A stretch of DNA of 63,686 nucleotides, the filler included, from Polymyxa betae A26-41 (Eukaryota; Protista; Endomyxa: Phytomyxea): the NCBI GenBank assembly GCA_003693705.1. It is 10 parts of 10 records of this genome, joined end to end, with 100 filler letters (N's around TTAATTAATTAA, not from the genome) between each part and the next. Parts side by side here need not be neighbours in the genome. Positions count along the whole stretch, not along the records: positions 21,323 to 32,654 come from RBZT01000596.1; positions 32,755 to 37,355 come from RBZT01000071.1; 8 more parts are not named here. The stretch is one strand, 5' to 3'. The translations under genes and the position numbers were made by a program. The notes beneath the pieces were generated by a model. The model did not search any database and was not told where the DNA came from. It saw only the letters and a program-made list of their open reading frames with translations. This document shows, one piece after another, positions 22,933-36,400 of this stretch (the stretch's first letter is position 1; each line of letters opens with the position of its first letter).

Positions 22933-25599
22933 AAAGACATGGTGGCTAACGTTACATCACATTCGGAAGAACCGGATTCTGGATGTTAGGTAGAGGCTGA
23001 CAGGCTGACAGGGTCGGCCTCTACCGACGCAGCTGAAAACAACACTGAATACTGCCACCTCTGGTGACCATTGCCAGTATAGGCAAAGTTCTCATTCGTG
23101 ACAATCATTAGCAAATGGAAAAGGTAACAATATAAAACCAACTGTATAGGAGTTAATGCTGGCTAAATAGGCTGGGAATGTAGCGCCGCCTCCGATATCG
23201 GCCTGATGTGCACATAGTCGTCTGAGTGATGTCTACGGGTTTCCAGTCCAATTTGCTTGAAGTTGCTTAGGGGTAGGGTTTTCCCAAACAGTCGGCGCTC
23301 TTAGAACAACAATCTGTTGCTGTTATAGAGACAGTGGGATGGTCGTTACTTTCAGCCAAGATCCTTGGCATTATCCTATTACGGGTGATATTATGTGGAA
23401 ATAATTATATATTCAGCAAAATTGATTGCAAATGAGTGCTCATTTTCCGACTGAGCTCACTAACTGCTGGCTATTCCAAACCATATTTTGATAAAGACAT
23501 AACTTGAATTAGATCGAGGAGTAGCTTAACATCTGCGATCATGCTCGAGCTCATTTTTTTTAATTCTCTTGGCCATCAAATCTGGTTTTCCAAAAGCCCA
23601 GAACAACGATAATCGCTGACTTGAAACATCTCTTGGATGTCGAACAAGGCCGCTAGAAGAATTGATGTCGCAATTACAAGAATGTAAGCGAAGTGATCTC
23701 TTCATATATTCATACACGAACGAGATGGCCAGAGCTGGCCTCGGCGTCATCGCGGAGTGGATGGCTTTGATCGCGATACCGGGAATAGCGAGAGCCTTGA
23801 TAGATTCGGGAATATTTGAATAAACATATAATTTTATCTAACATTGGGACCTTAAAGAATTTTTCAGAACAAGGTCTGTATGTGCTAAGAGATTTTCGTC
23901 GAACCCAAGTCATCACAACCCATGATATCGACAGCGCTTAAGGGCAAATACAGGCGATAGAGAACCGCGGAATCAGTTTCAGCGAGAATAAACTCGTTGA
24001 TTGCCATGAAGATTGACAATGATGAATCGATCATGAAAGGAATCGGACAGAGACAGGCTGTGCTACCATTCAGACTCCGGATGTTATAGACCTCTTATTG
24101 CTGGAATGTTACATACAATAAAGGATGATATAGATGCTTCAATGCAATTGAGGATGAAGAGATTGACAATGAAGCTAAGTTGTACTATTGTATGCAGCGC
24201 TGCGATTGAACTCTACCAAAGAATGGACAAATTCCAGTCCAAAATCAGTTAGACTGTTAGAGTTTAAGAAGCTCGAAAAAGAAAGACGAATCGACAATAC
24301 AATGGAAATAGATTTTAATCAGGATATTTTAGGTTTACAGACCAGCTAAAATTTGTAGTAGTAGAGTGGATAAAGCCTTAAGAATTGCAAAACTTGCCGA
24401 AAACTCTACAGCTGAAATGACATCTCTCATCTGTTTAAAAGTTATACAACATGCTGATATATATAGAATGGAGCAAAGAAATAATCCAGAGGCCTCACTT
24501 AACGAAACGAAGAGATCGGTAATATCCCAAAGGCCAATTTCAGCAGCCTTTGATTGCCGACAACATCTACAGTTCACATCGACAAAGGGAATTATGAGTA
24601 CGACGGAAAAGGCTGCTGTCGAAATCCAGACAATCACACCTGACAGAGATCCCATCTCAACTACGGCTTTTCGATTTTACTACTGAGAGCCCCAGATCAC
24701 AAAAGACCTCAATATTGCTCTCCGTATCATCGGCGCTGCCACCGTCAAAGTCTTCGGTCATCTACCCCTCAGGAAACGCACCACCGCCGACGAAGGCCAT
24801 CTCCCACAGCAGAATCCGATTGCAACCAAGAAACCCGGGCGAATCGGCCTCGACGCTTCCAACAAACACTATTCCCTTTAACGCAATTCCTATAGAGCCC
24901 GTGGTATTATAACCCTAGAATTTTGGACTGAGGTTGGTTTACTTGTCCCTAAAGATTGCCATATTTTATATCAAGCGATTGGGGTTTTCATATAGTTTAC
25001 GAATCTGTAGTTGGATGGAACGCGACCAGAGGCTAAGTGAAGACGGGTCAAAGCAGATTAATGCGCAATAATTGTTCCGGGACGGGTCAAACACCGGACC
25101 GCGCACTGTCTGCTTTTACCTGCCCCATTCCTGCCCAAGTTCCGCCAATTTCTGCGCATTAAAATCGCATCTGCACTTTCCTGCTTTTCACGCACGCATT
25201 GCGCAGATTATAATGGGCGATTATGCCGAAATATGCTTTCTTCATTTTCAGAATGCAATTCTTGCGCATCTAATCTGATGCTTTGAGAACTCATTTTGCA
25301 GTTTGTTTTCTTGTTACAAAAACCAATGGTTTTATTGCTGTAATGTTCCACATTTTTTACTCGCTTAACATCGTTGATCAGTTTTTTTTAAATTAAGGAT
25401 TTTTTTATTATCCTCTCAATAAACTACAATCTCGAAAAATAATTAGTGTGAGGCGTGCATTTTCAAATAGCTATCCAATTCAGCCTTCTTAGTCGCTCTA
25501 TCATTCAGACAGCACCAAACGAAACAAACGGTGACGAATCGCATCCCTGCCGGTGTTTGTATTTGTTCCGGACTCCTCACAATTGGCGATACTGATTTG

Positions 25600-26510
25600 G
25601 TATCAATAATGATGTCACCTTTGATGATAGCGATGATGATGGCACCGGCTATGCTGGTACTAGCGACCAAGATGATGTCGAGGTGCCGTAATGATCACGC
25701 GATCGAATGATGATGTCGATGATGCTGTTGTTGTTGATGATGATGATGATGACGTGATGTTGCTGATGATGGTGACTTTGGTGGCTGTTAGAGGTATTTT
25801 TCACATTTTTTGTTTCTCTTAGTTTATTGACTGTTATTAGGACTAAGAATGAATGATGCTGATATTAATAGTATGATGAGATGATGTTGTTGATGATGAT
25901 AGCGAAGATGAGGGGATGTGTTGATCAGGATGCTGGTGATGATGATTGTGATAAGAATGATGGAGAAAATGATGATGAGAATGGTGAAGATTGTGCTAAG
26001 GATGTTGATGAAGAGGGTAAAAATGGTGAAGATGATGATATGACGATGATGATTAATACTGCTGTTAGGGTATTTAATCATCACATTTTTTTAATTTTCT
26101 TATTATTTCTCAGTATGGTTAGGAGTGATAATGATGATGTTATTGGTGATGATGAGATGATGCTGTTGATGCTGATTGCTGTTGTGGTATATAACACATT
26201 TTTTTGTATCTTTATGAATTTTTAATATGGTTAGGAACGATAAAGGTGATGTTAACGATGATGATGAGATGATGTTGTTGATGCTGATTGCTGTTAGGGT
26301 ATTTATCACATTTTCTTAGTATTTTTATTATTTCTTAGTATGGTTAGGACTGATAATGATGATGTTATTGGTGATGATGAGATGATGTTGCTGTTGCTGA
26401 TGATGATGATGACGTTGCTGCTGATGATGATTGCTGCTAGGGTATTTGTCACATTTTTTTGGTATCTATATTATTTACTCGTATGGTTAGGAGTGATAAA
26501 GATGATAGGG
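25600..26510. repeat. GAT-rich degenerate tandem array (about 113-145 bp units)
   Basis: Recurring TATGGTTAGGA..GATGATGAGATGATG..GCTGTTAGGGTATTT..TCACATTTT, with unit starts near 26113, 26226, 26338 and 26482. Confidence 0.8.
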
Positions 26511-26879
26511 TGACCTTCCGGTCAGCCTGGGCTCTCGTCTCGTCATTCTGCTTTTCGCCTTCTACTTCAAAAGCTTTCATCAGTTCCTGGCCTCTGCCCT
26601 GCACCATCTCGTTCGTCAGCCATGCCGCCTCGTCTTCTGAGATTGGACAACTCCTTGACATCCTGATCCGCGGGCATGAATCACCATCGATCTGACCTCA
26701 GCACCCGTAATCATCAAGGATGCTGCGGCGCCTTCCGATGGCTTCGGCCGCCTAAAGTCTGAGGACTTGGCTGCCCTGCGGACACCAACGCCTTCCAAGG
26801 CCAAGAAGCTGGACAAGTGTTTCTCCCAGCCCAAGAACGGCGAAGACAGTGACACCGGCGCCATCAGTGAGCAGATTCT

Positions 26880-27110
26880 GCCACTCCCAAGCGGGCATCC
26901 AACCAAGCAAAGGGAAATGGCCGTGTTACGGACGTTGACAAGGGCCTCATTGTGGCTTGGTGTTACACTCACTGAAAGCTGGGCTACGGCCTAACAACCG
27001 CGATACGTATAAGAAGCTGATCGAGGTCCTTGGTGCCGCCAACAAGCTCACGTTTGAAGGATACAAGTCACGCTACCAGGCCCACATCAAGGTCCAAGGA
27101 CGCCGTCGAG
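26880..27110 (+). pseudogene. Possible Copia gag remnant
   Basis: LKAGLRP..YKKLIEVL..LTFEG resembles the C-terminal part of Copia gag. GC-rich block. Confidence 0.35.
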
Positions 27111-28032
27111 AAGAAGAGCCAGCACTTGCTCCGTCAGTGAATTGTTTGCTGAAAGAGTTCCACAGCTCCTCAAAGAACACGAGGGAGTAATACTCCCTCT
27201 ACGGACCGCGCTTTTATACAACAGTTGCCACCGCCAGCTCATCATCACCGTATTCGTCGCACAGCCAGCCAGCCCAGCCGCCGGACCCGCCACAACTTCC
27301 TCAGGATCATGTACGACCGCTCCAACACTACCATCGCTCCACCCTGATGGACGAGCCTCCGAACTCTCCCGATTATCAGACCAAACCATTCTTGACGCTT
27401 GGGCTCCGGTCCTGCGTCGCACCCGGACCGCCGCTGAGCTCACAACCACCCGCTGCGCACCGTCTGATCGTTGAGGATCGCAGACCCTAAAGCCAACCAA
27501 CCTCTGGTCGCGATATCTCTGCGCCATCTGGATACCCGGCCGCCAACTCTGTACCCGAAGCCCGCCTGCACTCGGCTGACTCGTCAGCATCTGATGCCCT
27601 GAGTCCCTGAGGTCGCCGAGATAGAGGCCAGCCCAACTTGTCCACGGACCTGCCGTCAGCGCCAGTACGAATCTCATTCTGCAGAAGGGCCTATTACGGA
27701 CTGGGATTTCATCCCTATTATCGCCGGTTAATTATCGGGTTATCGGCATGCTTCCATCTGGACAAACGTTGGAGATCACTGATGTGATGTGGGTCATTAG
27801 ACCAAAAATTGTTTGCTGATCAATCTCTTTATTGCTTTTCAAATATCGTGACTGCAGTTTCTTATCCAAATGTCAGCAAGACGACGTTGACTTTGGAACA
27901 TAGAACTGATGGCGTTGAATTAGTATCTCACAAACAATCACCTGTCAACGTGTCAGTCGCAACAAATACAATCGCTCCGCACTTGCAGCCAACCAAAATG
28001 GAAGCAGCTGCTGTTGACACATCGAATGGGCC

Positions 28033-28337
28033 GGGCAATGCCACAAAGCATGATGAAGAGCAAGAGTTGAACAATGTTGAAATGTGAAATCTAACGATTA
28101 TCAATTTGGTCTCTTACTTATCCATTAACGTGTTTTAGGAAGCAAGAATGCCTGTCAGGACCCTATTCCATCATCCTCAAGCAAAGATAGCAGTAGCGAA
28201 TGTCAGCTCAGTGAGCATTCTACCGAAATTAACACAACGAATGAGCAGGGCAATGTCTCAAAGCGTGATGAAGAGCAAGAGCTGAACAATGTTGAAATGT
28301 GAAATCTAACGATTATCAATTTGGTCTCTTACTTATC
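28033..28337. repeat. About 90-bp direct repeat, period 215 bp
   Basis: GATGAAGAGCAAGAG(T/C)TGAACAATGTTGAAATGTGAAATCTAACGATTATCAATTTGGTCTCTTACTTATC at about 28033-28122 and 28248-28337. Confidence 0.85.
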
Positions 28338-28916
28338 GCCTCCCTTTCGATCCCGAACCTACCCGCCACTCATACTAAACCCGCACTGTTCGAAGATTTA
28401 TTTAAATTCAAGCTGCGTTACAGTAACGCGCATTTGATGCTTCTGAATCCAAATTCACAGCAGAGCAGGCTCGACCCCCAATTTTCAGGCACACCCATAC
28501 AATTGACAGCGACACAATCAAGCTCTGCCTATCAAAATGCATGGATAATTTTTTTTGCAACTTCTGCAATGTAACCTGCAATCAAGGATCGAGAGGGCCG
28601 AGATTTCACAACGCAAACGCTCGTGTACCGCAAAGAAACGTTCGAAACATTAGAAACTGAAAAAGAATATCAATCAGGACCAAATCGACTACATAATCGT
28701 CACCACAAATCCGCGTTCCGCCAAAGTGAATGCGTTCTTTTGGGTATGGTTGCGGTAAAATATCCGGTCCAGGAAACTTACGGACGCTGATAGGTGGGGC
28801 GGTGGTGATTGCTGGGGGGGCGGACAGGACGGTTGCGTGGACAGTTGGGAGTTCGGTTTTTGACGGCGTACCTCACTGGTAGACTCTTCAAACATATCTC
28901 GATCGCTTCAAGATCG

Positions 28917-28986
28917 TGTATCGGTTTGGGAACCAACTAAGCAATCTAAGCGCTTAGATTGCTTAGTTGGTTCCCAAACCGATACA
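28917..28986. repeat. Perfect 70-bp palindrome flanked by ATCG direct repeats
   Basis: 35-bp arms with no spacer, TGTA..TACA termini, ATCG at 28913-28916 and 28987-28990. Confidence 0.93.
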
Positions 28987-31900
28987 ATCGCACATGATAG
29001 CCACCAGTCTTATCATCCCTCCGTCTACCGGAAAAAATCGTGACAAAGTTACTTTAATTTGGGTTTTTAATCGCAATGCAATTGCCCATGCATTTGGAGA
29101 TTACTTCGCTCACTGAAGGAAAGCAAACGTCCGTGCTCGACCTTGAAAGGTTGTAGTGTAGAAAATGCTGGATACATGATGGAGAAGTTCCTATCATATC
29201 CACGTAACTTACATGGGGCCGGCTTTACTCTATTTAACAACGATCGCCGACAAATTTCGAATGGCTCAACACCAATAAATGCCAGCGTCAGATTCTTTTG
29301 GGTGTTAAATTCCTTCCATCAAGTCCCTGAAATGCGCTTAAACAAGAATATGTACTAAGATGTGATAACTCGGGAAAATTCAGTCTCATAGCTCGACGGA
29401 TGGAAAGCAGGTACCATCTGCCCATAAAATTGGGCTTTTGGACCTTCACGGGACGAACCAGTTGCTAACGAATTCGAGCTATTGACCTATTCCAAGCCAT
29501 TGACGCTGACGCATGACAGGAAACCTGGCTTTTTATGCCCCATGCCGGAGACTTAAATGCCTCCCGATACTCCTCAAACCCTCTTCATTTTCCTAAGGAA
29601 CAAGGTAGGTTTGAAACCTGACGTCGTTGTGAATTGGCCTTTACAAGAGCAGAAATTCACAAGGTTGGATTTGCACAAGTATTGGACTGTAAAGTCAGCT
29701 CCAGACGATCTAGATGATACACGTTATAATAATTGCTCGCCGATTCAATGGTTTCAATGGCTTTCAAATTGTCATCTAACCCGCACATTCATTACAATAG
29801 TCATCCCAAGCGAACAGATACTTTGCCATAGATTCGAATAATCGTCAAACAAGACCGCTTGAGGCTCTCCATGGCTGTCATCTTACCCGGTACAAAATCT
29901 CTTTTATGGACCTTGATAACAGCACATCCGATGGACAGAATTCCAAATTTTTATTAGGCGAGAGCCCTAATCGATTCGTGTAATCTCTTTTCTGCCGGAA
30001 GTGGAAGTCATCCTCTTGAACAACAGCACTGAAAACAATTCTATTGGCATTTGATAAAGTTGATTGAAATCAAAAGGGCTAGAAACTGGATTTTTCCCCA
30101 CTAATCTTTGAACAGCCTATCGTAGAGCGGTCGGCGTCGTTCTTCTTTGGGCTTCGTTTCTTTGCCGGGAGTTGCGCAGGAACCACATAGGCATCATCAT
30201 CGCTATCGGATTCCGAGCTCGAAGCCATTATCAATGGCAGCGACGACATGCTGTCTTGAGACACGATCTCTAGGTACAGAAGGTATGCTTCAATGGCTGT
30301 TTTGAAACGGCCAGATTGCATGGATATAGAATTTGTTTCGAAAACTTCCAAACACGCAAGACAAACACCCAATCCTGCGGAAATTGTGCAAATTACGCAT
30401 GAAAATTGCGCAGACGCTGTGAAATTGACAAAATTAGACAATTAATACAGTCGCGCACTTTGGTCCGCACATGTTTATTTACTGACATTTCCGGAGTCTG
30501 TACGAGTTTTTGGCAACTTTACATCTTCAAGTGTAGCGACAGCAAGGCACCAAGGAAACTTCGCGACCCGCTCTTGTGAAGAGGTATTAGCTACCGGATT
30601 GAAAGAATGACGCCAAGGCGACAGCAAGGAAGCGATCCCCGGCATCTTCGCTAATCGTCCCATGGATCAACTACGTGATATTGCTTCTAAGGTATAAGTA
30701 GCAGTGGCCTTATTCGTCAGTTTTATAGTGATGAATAACGTTATGAACAAGTTTTGGAAAAAGTTGTTCATGGATATCTATGCTCTGACATTTCTAAATC
30801 ATCATACAGAACTCAGTTCTCATTCTCACTCTCTCCATTTGGTCTCAGCTTGTGTATGATATTTTACAATGTGTTGTAGCTCTAGATTTATTTAGAACTT
30901 CAACAATAGGGTGGACTCGATTCGACTAATTCGCTGATTTTTGGTCAACAGGATGTGTCATTGCCATAATGCATGGCTGAAACATTCGTCAAAGTGCCCA
31001 ATATGATTTCCAGAACCCTCATAACACTTTTCTTATTTTTCCTATACGACCTATCATCAGAACCTCGAAGAACTTCGACAAGCAAGGGAAGTTACCCGTT
31101 TTAGTGAGGATTCTGTTGTTATCTGCTCTATCTGCAGTCGATAGTATAGAATAGACAGCCGCCCAACCCAACAAATACACGAACCCATTCTGTATCCTAG
31201 ATCTTCTATTACTCCCCTTCAGAGATCTCAGCTTTCTCTTAGTTCGTCATGGATAGCATCCGCATCGGTCAGCTGCATCTATCGTTTTCCATTCTCATTG
31301 ACAAAATCGACATGTCCACTGTATTTTGATTTAACTTCTAGGGGTATAGTTCAGGTGAGTCCTGATTCTTGTATGACCAGATCCCGCTCGTTTGAATCAT
31401 GGAATAGTTGAAAGCAACTGATAAAATTCACAAATCAGGAGCGTCATATTTCATAGAAGTCAAGATCAGCCATGGATTTAGCTCTTTGAAATCTACGGCT
31501 GAGAAAGTGCATTACAGATTTTGCTAATCGCTTGTATGGAGGAATCAACGATCCATTACAAGAATGTTAAAAAATGCGGAATGTATCTCCCTATAATAGA
31601 CCATAATGTTGAGATGAAGATAGGCACTGTATTGCAGATCTGTTTTGTATTAACATGAAACAATCCTGACAGAAGCATCTGTATTGCTGAACTCTTAACG
31701 ATCACCATCATGAAGTACAGATTTGTGTTACCAGTATTGCATGATGGTAACATATCAGCTCAGAAATCAAATCAGAACAGGTCGTACATGCCTAATCTGT
31801 TTATGTCATCTTATTGAAGACGTAAGCATTCAATCGTTTGTGCGATATTCAGCGGCTATTACTCACGCTTTCGAAGGGTTTCTCAGCTTCAGAGCCAACA

Positions 31901-32755
31901 TAAGAGACATCCCATAGACGCACTGCGACGGGACACTACTTCTGTCTGTCGACAGATATGCGCTGCGGCATCATCTGTCTCTCTCTCCCTCTCTCTGGTA
32001 TATATCTGGCTCTGTCTGGTAGACGTTCTCACCCTATGCCTCTTAGACTTCAATATGGCTGTATTTGAAAGAATGGGCTAATGTACAATGATTGCTGAGT
32101 CTCGGTCGATTCTTTTGAGCGTTGACAAATATCTGTCGTCTGGTTCCTTATTGGGAACGGCACCAGAACGAACAAGCAGTAGTCTTTGACAGGCTAAAGA
32201 ATAGAGAGATGATTACAGAGATGCCATCCATTTTTTTTGTTGAAGCGAAACCTGTCCGTCCATGTCAGCTAACAATTTTTGAAACGCAGCAAGCAATACA
32301 TGGAAAGGATCGATCTGACTTGAAATTGCCACAGAACAAATGTGACGACAGGGGATGTTCGGAAAGAATCACAATCGCATGAAGCTCGGAACCGCACCAG
32401 TGGTCGATGTAATCTTCCAGGTAGCGACGGTCTCATCGCTCACACCACAGACCGTGATAACGTTTGTTGATAAGACAGTCGATACTCCAGCTCCCAATTA
32501 TTCTTGACAAAATCGCTATATGCGCGAAGTCCCTTGATTTTCGAGTTTGACCCATCTGCCCGGAAACTGCCAACCGTTTTCGCAGTGAAATGTTTGGAAG
32601 TATGAGACCCGCACACATTCTCCCTATCAGAATTCAGCTTCTGAATGAAGCTCANNNNNNNNNNNNNNNNNNNNNNNNNNNNNNNNNNNNNNNNNNNNTT
32701 AATTAATTAANNNNNNNNNNNNNNNNNNNNNNNNNNNNNNNNNNNNNNNNNNNNC

Positions 32756-32989
32756 TGTAATGCCAGCCGTCTTTGACTCTGTCCAAGTCGTCGTCGACCC
32801 TGTCCAAGTCGCCTGGTCCACTGTCGACTCCTCGAGTGGCCTGCAGCCAGTCAGCGTCCTATTTAATCGCCTGATCTCGTCCTATATAAATCATTCTTCA
32901 ATCTGATTGCTTCTGTTCACATCTTGTTCGCCTGCAAAGTAGCTAGTTCCCTTCGTCCCCTTCAGCTAGCCTCAGTCACTCCCCTTACA
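32756..32989 (+). mobile_element. Probable LTR of a separate family
   Basis: TGTAA...TTACA termini and an internal TATATAAA. The left flank is lost at the contig end. Confidence 0.55.
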
Positions 32990-32997
32990 GTATATTC

Positions 32998-33425
32998 CGT
33001 AATAAACGTATATAAAGGAGAAACGGTGGACTCTTGAGTATTCAGCAACGACGATGGCGAGAAATGTAACGGCGGAGGTAGTAGAGACAGTGGAGACGAT
33101 GGAGACAGTGGAGACGACGGAGACAGTGGAGACGACGGAGACAGTAAGGACGACGGAGACGACGAGAACGACGGAGACGGTGAGGACGACGGAGACAGTG
33201 AGGACGACAGAACAATGGAGATGCTGGGGACGATGGGTACGGCGGAAGGTTGTTGGAACGACGGGGCCGGCGGCGGCGACGGCGGCGAAGAGGTCGACGA
33301 TATGAGACGACCGATAGAGAGGTGTTGGTCAGAATGACCACGCACTTCGTGAGGGTGGGCGTTTGTCTTGGTGGGTGCGGCCTCTGGCGCAGCCCGGTCA
33401 ACTGTCATGGCTAGTGTGCATGACA
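32998..33425 (-). repeat. 3' LTR of chromovirus, with internal 9-bp minisatellite
   Basis: Starts TGTCATG right after the PPT and probably ends TTATTACG (degenerate CA). GGAGACAGT/GGAGACGAC repeats at about 33085-33210. Confidence 0.7.
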
Positions 33426-36400
33426 TCGCCCCCCTTTTAGGGCCTCGTCGCTGGCTCTTGTGAGGCCCTGGCTTGTCGGGATACTGTTGATGGAAGTCCT
33501 GCATGTGGCGCTGGAGAGCAGGCGTTGGGTTGAGATCTGAAGCTGGTTCCCACGTTCGTACTTGAATACCAAAGCCCTTCCAATGAATAAAGTATTGGAG
33601 CTGAGATCTGTAAAACCGTGAATCCAAAATTCGCTCGACTTCATAATACTCTTCATCCTTTGCATCGATAAGAACTGGGGGCGGGGGAGGCTGAGTCCGG
33701 TTCGAGATAGTGTTGGCGGTATGCTTTTCCAACTGCGACACGTGAAAAACACGATGAAGACGTGAAGTTTGAGGTAAGTCGATTTCGTATGCTCTTGGGT
33801 TAACTTGTCTCATTATATTGTACGGCCCAAGGAAAACATATTCTCGCTTGTTACAGGGGCGGTTGGTCGGGATATCGCCTCTTCGAAGCCACACCAGGTC
33901 GCCTGTCTCGAATTCTGGGGCGGGTATGCGGCTCATATTTGCGAATCGTTCCATGGTGTCTTGGGATTGTTTTATGGTCTGCTTTAAGAAGGATCGAATA
34001 GTTTGAAGCTGTTCTGCTCGTTCGTCAGCGGACGGGTTGGGACGGCTCCCCGCGGATGGGGTAATGTCCTGAAATTTCGGGTGATAGCCATAGTTGGCAT
34101 AGAAGGGAGACTTGCCGATAGACGAGTGCACAGTATTGTTGTAAGCGAACTCTGCCAATGGAAGGAGGTCGAACCAATTGTCCTGCAAAGAAATCCACGT
34201 AACATCTTAAATATTGCTCGAGACATTGATTTACTCGTTCCGTTTGTCCGTCTGATTGCGGGTGACGCGAAGACGATTTACAACTTTGTATCCTCAGGCG
34301 GCTTAACAACTGGGTCCAGAACTTCGCAACAAACTGTGGTCCGCGATCAGTAACGATATCATCAGGCAGACCATAGAGCCGAAACACATTAGATACGATA
34401 AGATTAGCCAGATCTTCTGCAGTAGACTTTTCGTTGCACGGTATAAAATGTGCCATCTTAGTTCGACCGTGGTAACTTAACAATAAGATCCATCGAGATG
34501 GAGCGCCACAGAGTGGTTGGGATGGGAAGAGGGAGAAGTAAACAATGGCTTTTGTGCCTTGTGAATTTGCAACGCTTACAGGTTTCACATGAGGCAATGT
34601 AGTCTTGTACATAATGCCTTAAACCTGGCCACCAAAAGTTTCGTCTAATAAGCTCGATTGTTTTCTTGACACCAGGATGTCCCGCGAGCTCAGAATCATG
34701 GCATTTCCGAGTGATATCCAATTGCGACTGCTTGTCGGCGATAACAAGTGCATCTCCGTAATAAAGGACGTCTTCGACGAGCTTGAACCTCTCGTTGGAA
34801 TGACGACCCGCCTTTATATCATCGATTATGGACTTCTCCACTGATTGAGCAGTGCGAATTGAAGTGAAACAAGATTCCGCACTTAGAGAAGCCAGAATGA
34901 GTGAGGGTGTTTGCACCAGATGTTGATCCTTCAAGATGGCTTGGCGTTGTTCGGCTCGGGAGTGGTCTGTCGGTGTTAATTCAAATTCCGGGCGCCGCGA
35001 CAAGGCATCAGGAACGCCCGACAATGCTCCTGCGCAATGCACAATTTCGAAATCATATTGAGATAAGATTTGCGACCATCGAGCCTGGCGGCGGTTCAAC
35101 ACCTTGCTACTGGCGAAATGGACGAGATTCTTGTGATCAGAATATACTGTGATCCGGATAGGAGATCCCTCTACGTAATGGCGCCATTCCTTGAATGCGG
35201 TCACAACGGCGAGTAACTCCTTGTCATGGACGTCGTAGTTAGTCTCGGCCGGATTGAGCTTTCGAGAATAAAAAGCAATGGGCTGGAGTCTCCCGTTGAT
35301 TTCAGTTTGAGACAGTGCCATGCCTATCGGGAAATCTGAGGCATCCGCCTCTATCACCACTGGTTTGCTTGGGTCGAAATGGGCTAAAAGCGGTGCTGAT
35401 TGAAAAGCAGCCTTCAGCCTGTGGAAAGCCGCGCGCTCCTCTGGACCCCAACAGAACACAACGTCCTTTCTTGTCAATCGAGTCAAGGGCGATGCTATTT
35501 GTGAATAATTGGTGATGAAGTCCCGGTAGAAGTTGGCGAAGCCCAGACACCGTTGAACACCAAGGACACTGCTCGGATCTTGCCAATCCCGGATCGTCTT
35601 GACCTTCCCCTGGTCCATATGACAACCAGCTGGCGTAATAATGTAGCCTAAGAATTCGACTTCAGTGACATGAAAAGCGCATTTCTCGAGCTTGACGGCG
35701 AGACCACAATCCATACGTCTTTGGAGAACAAGGTTGACGTGTTGTTCGTGCTCGTGTTCGTTATCTGAATATATTAGCAGGTCGTCCAGGTAGGAGACCA
35801 AGAAGCGATCACGAAAAGTATCATTCATGAAGAACTGGAAGAACGAAGGCGCGTTCATCAGGCCGAACGGCATCACTCGATATTCAAAGCGGCAATACTT
35901 GCAGCAAATGGCTGTCTTCCATTCGTCGCCGCTCTTAATCCGGAGTAAGTTATATGCGCCTCTCAGATCCAGTTTCGTATAGATTCTTGCTGAGCGAAGT
36001 TGTTGCAGCACATCTCGGATGACCGGTATCGGGTAAGGAACCTTCTTGGTTATCAGATTCAGACCTCTGTAGTCAATACACGGCCTTAGACTCCCATCTT
36101 TTTTTCGGCAAATAGGACCGGAGCCCCCAGTGGGGAGGACGAGTGTTTGATGAAACCCTTCTCCAGCATGTCTTCAATGTAATCTCTTAGGGCCTGCTCT
36201 TCGCGAATGGATAAACTATAGATCCTACGCTTTGGATAAAACTCCATGCCTGCGGTCAGTTCGATGGAGCAGTCGTGTGGGCGATGATCAGGTAATCGAT
36301 CTGCTTGGCGTTTCTCGAAGACCTTCTGGAAGCGTGAATACTGTTCCGGGACGCCAGGACTAACTTCGGCTTGTTCTGTTGGTGTTGGACTGCGGCTCAA

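Noticed and set aside
23526-24910. Possible piggyBac C-terminus (minus) and decayed Copia (plus)
   Set aside because: Only faint motif hints, too degenerate to support without a profile search.
25824-26309. Ile/His- or Asp-rich ORFs
   Set aside because: Products of the GAT/ATC low-complexity repeat.
25600-28340. CRISPR-like arrays among the direct repeats
   Set aside because: No identical short repeats with unique spacers, no cas genes, eukaryotic context.
29100-30441. Possible decayed piggyBac-like transposase on the minus strand
   Set aside because: No clear catalytic motifs or TTAA-flanked TIRs found.
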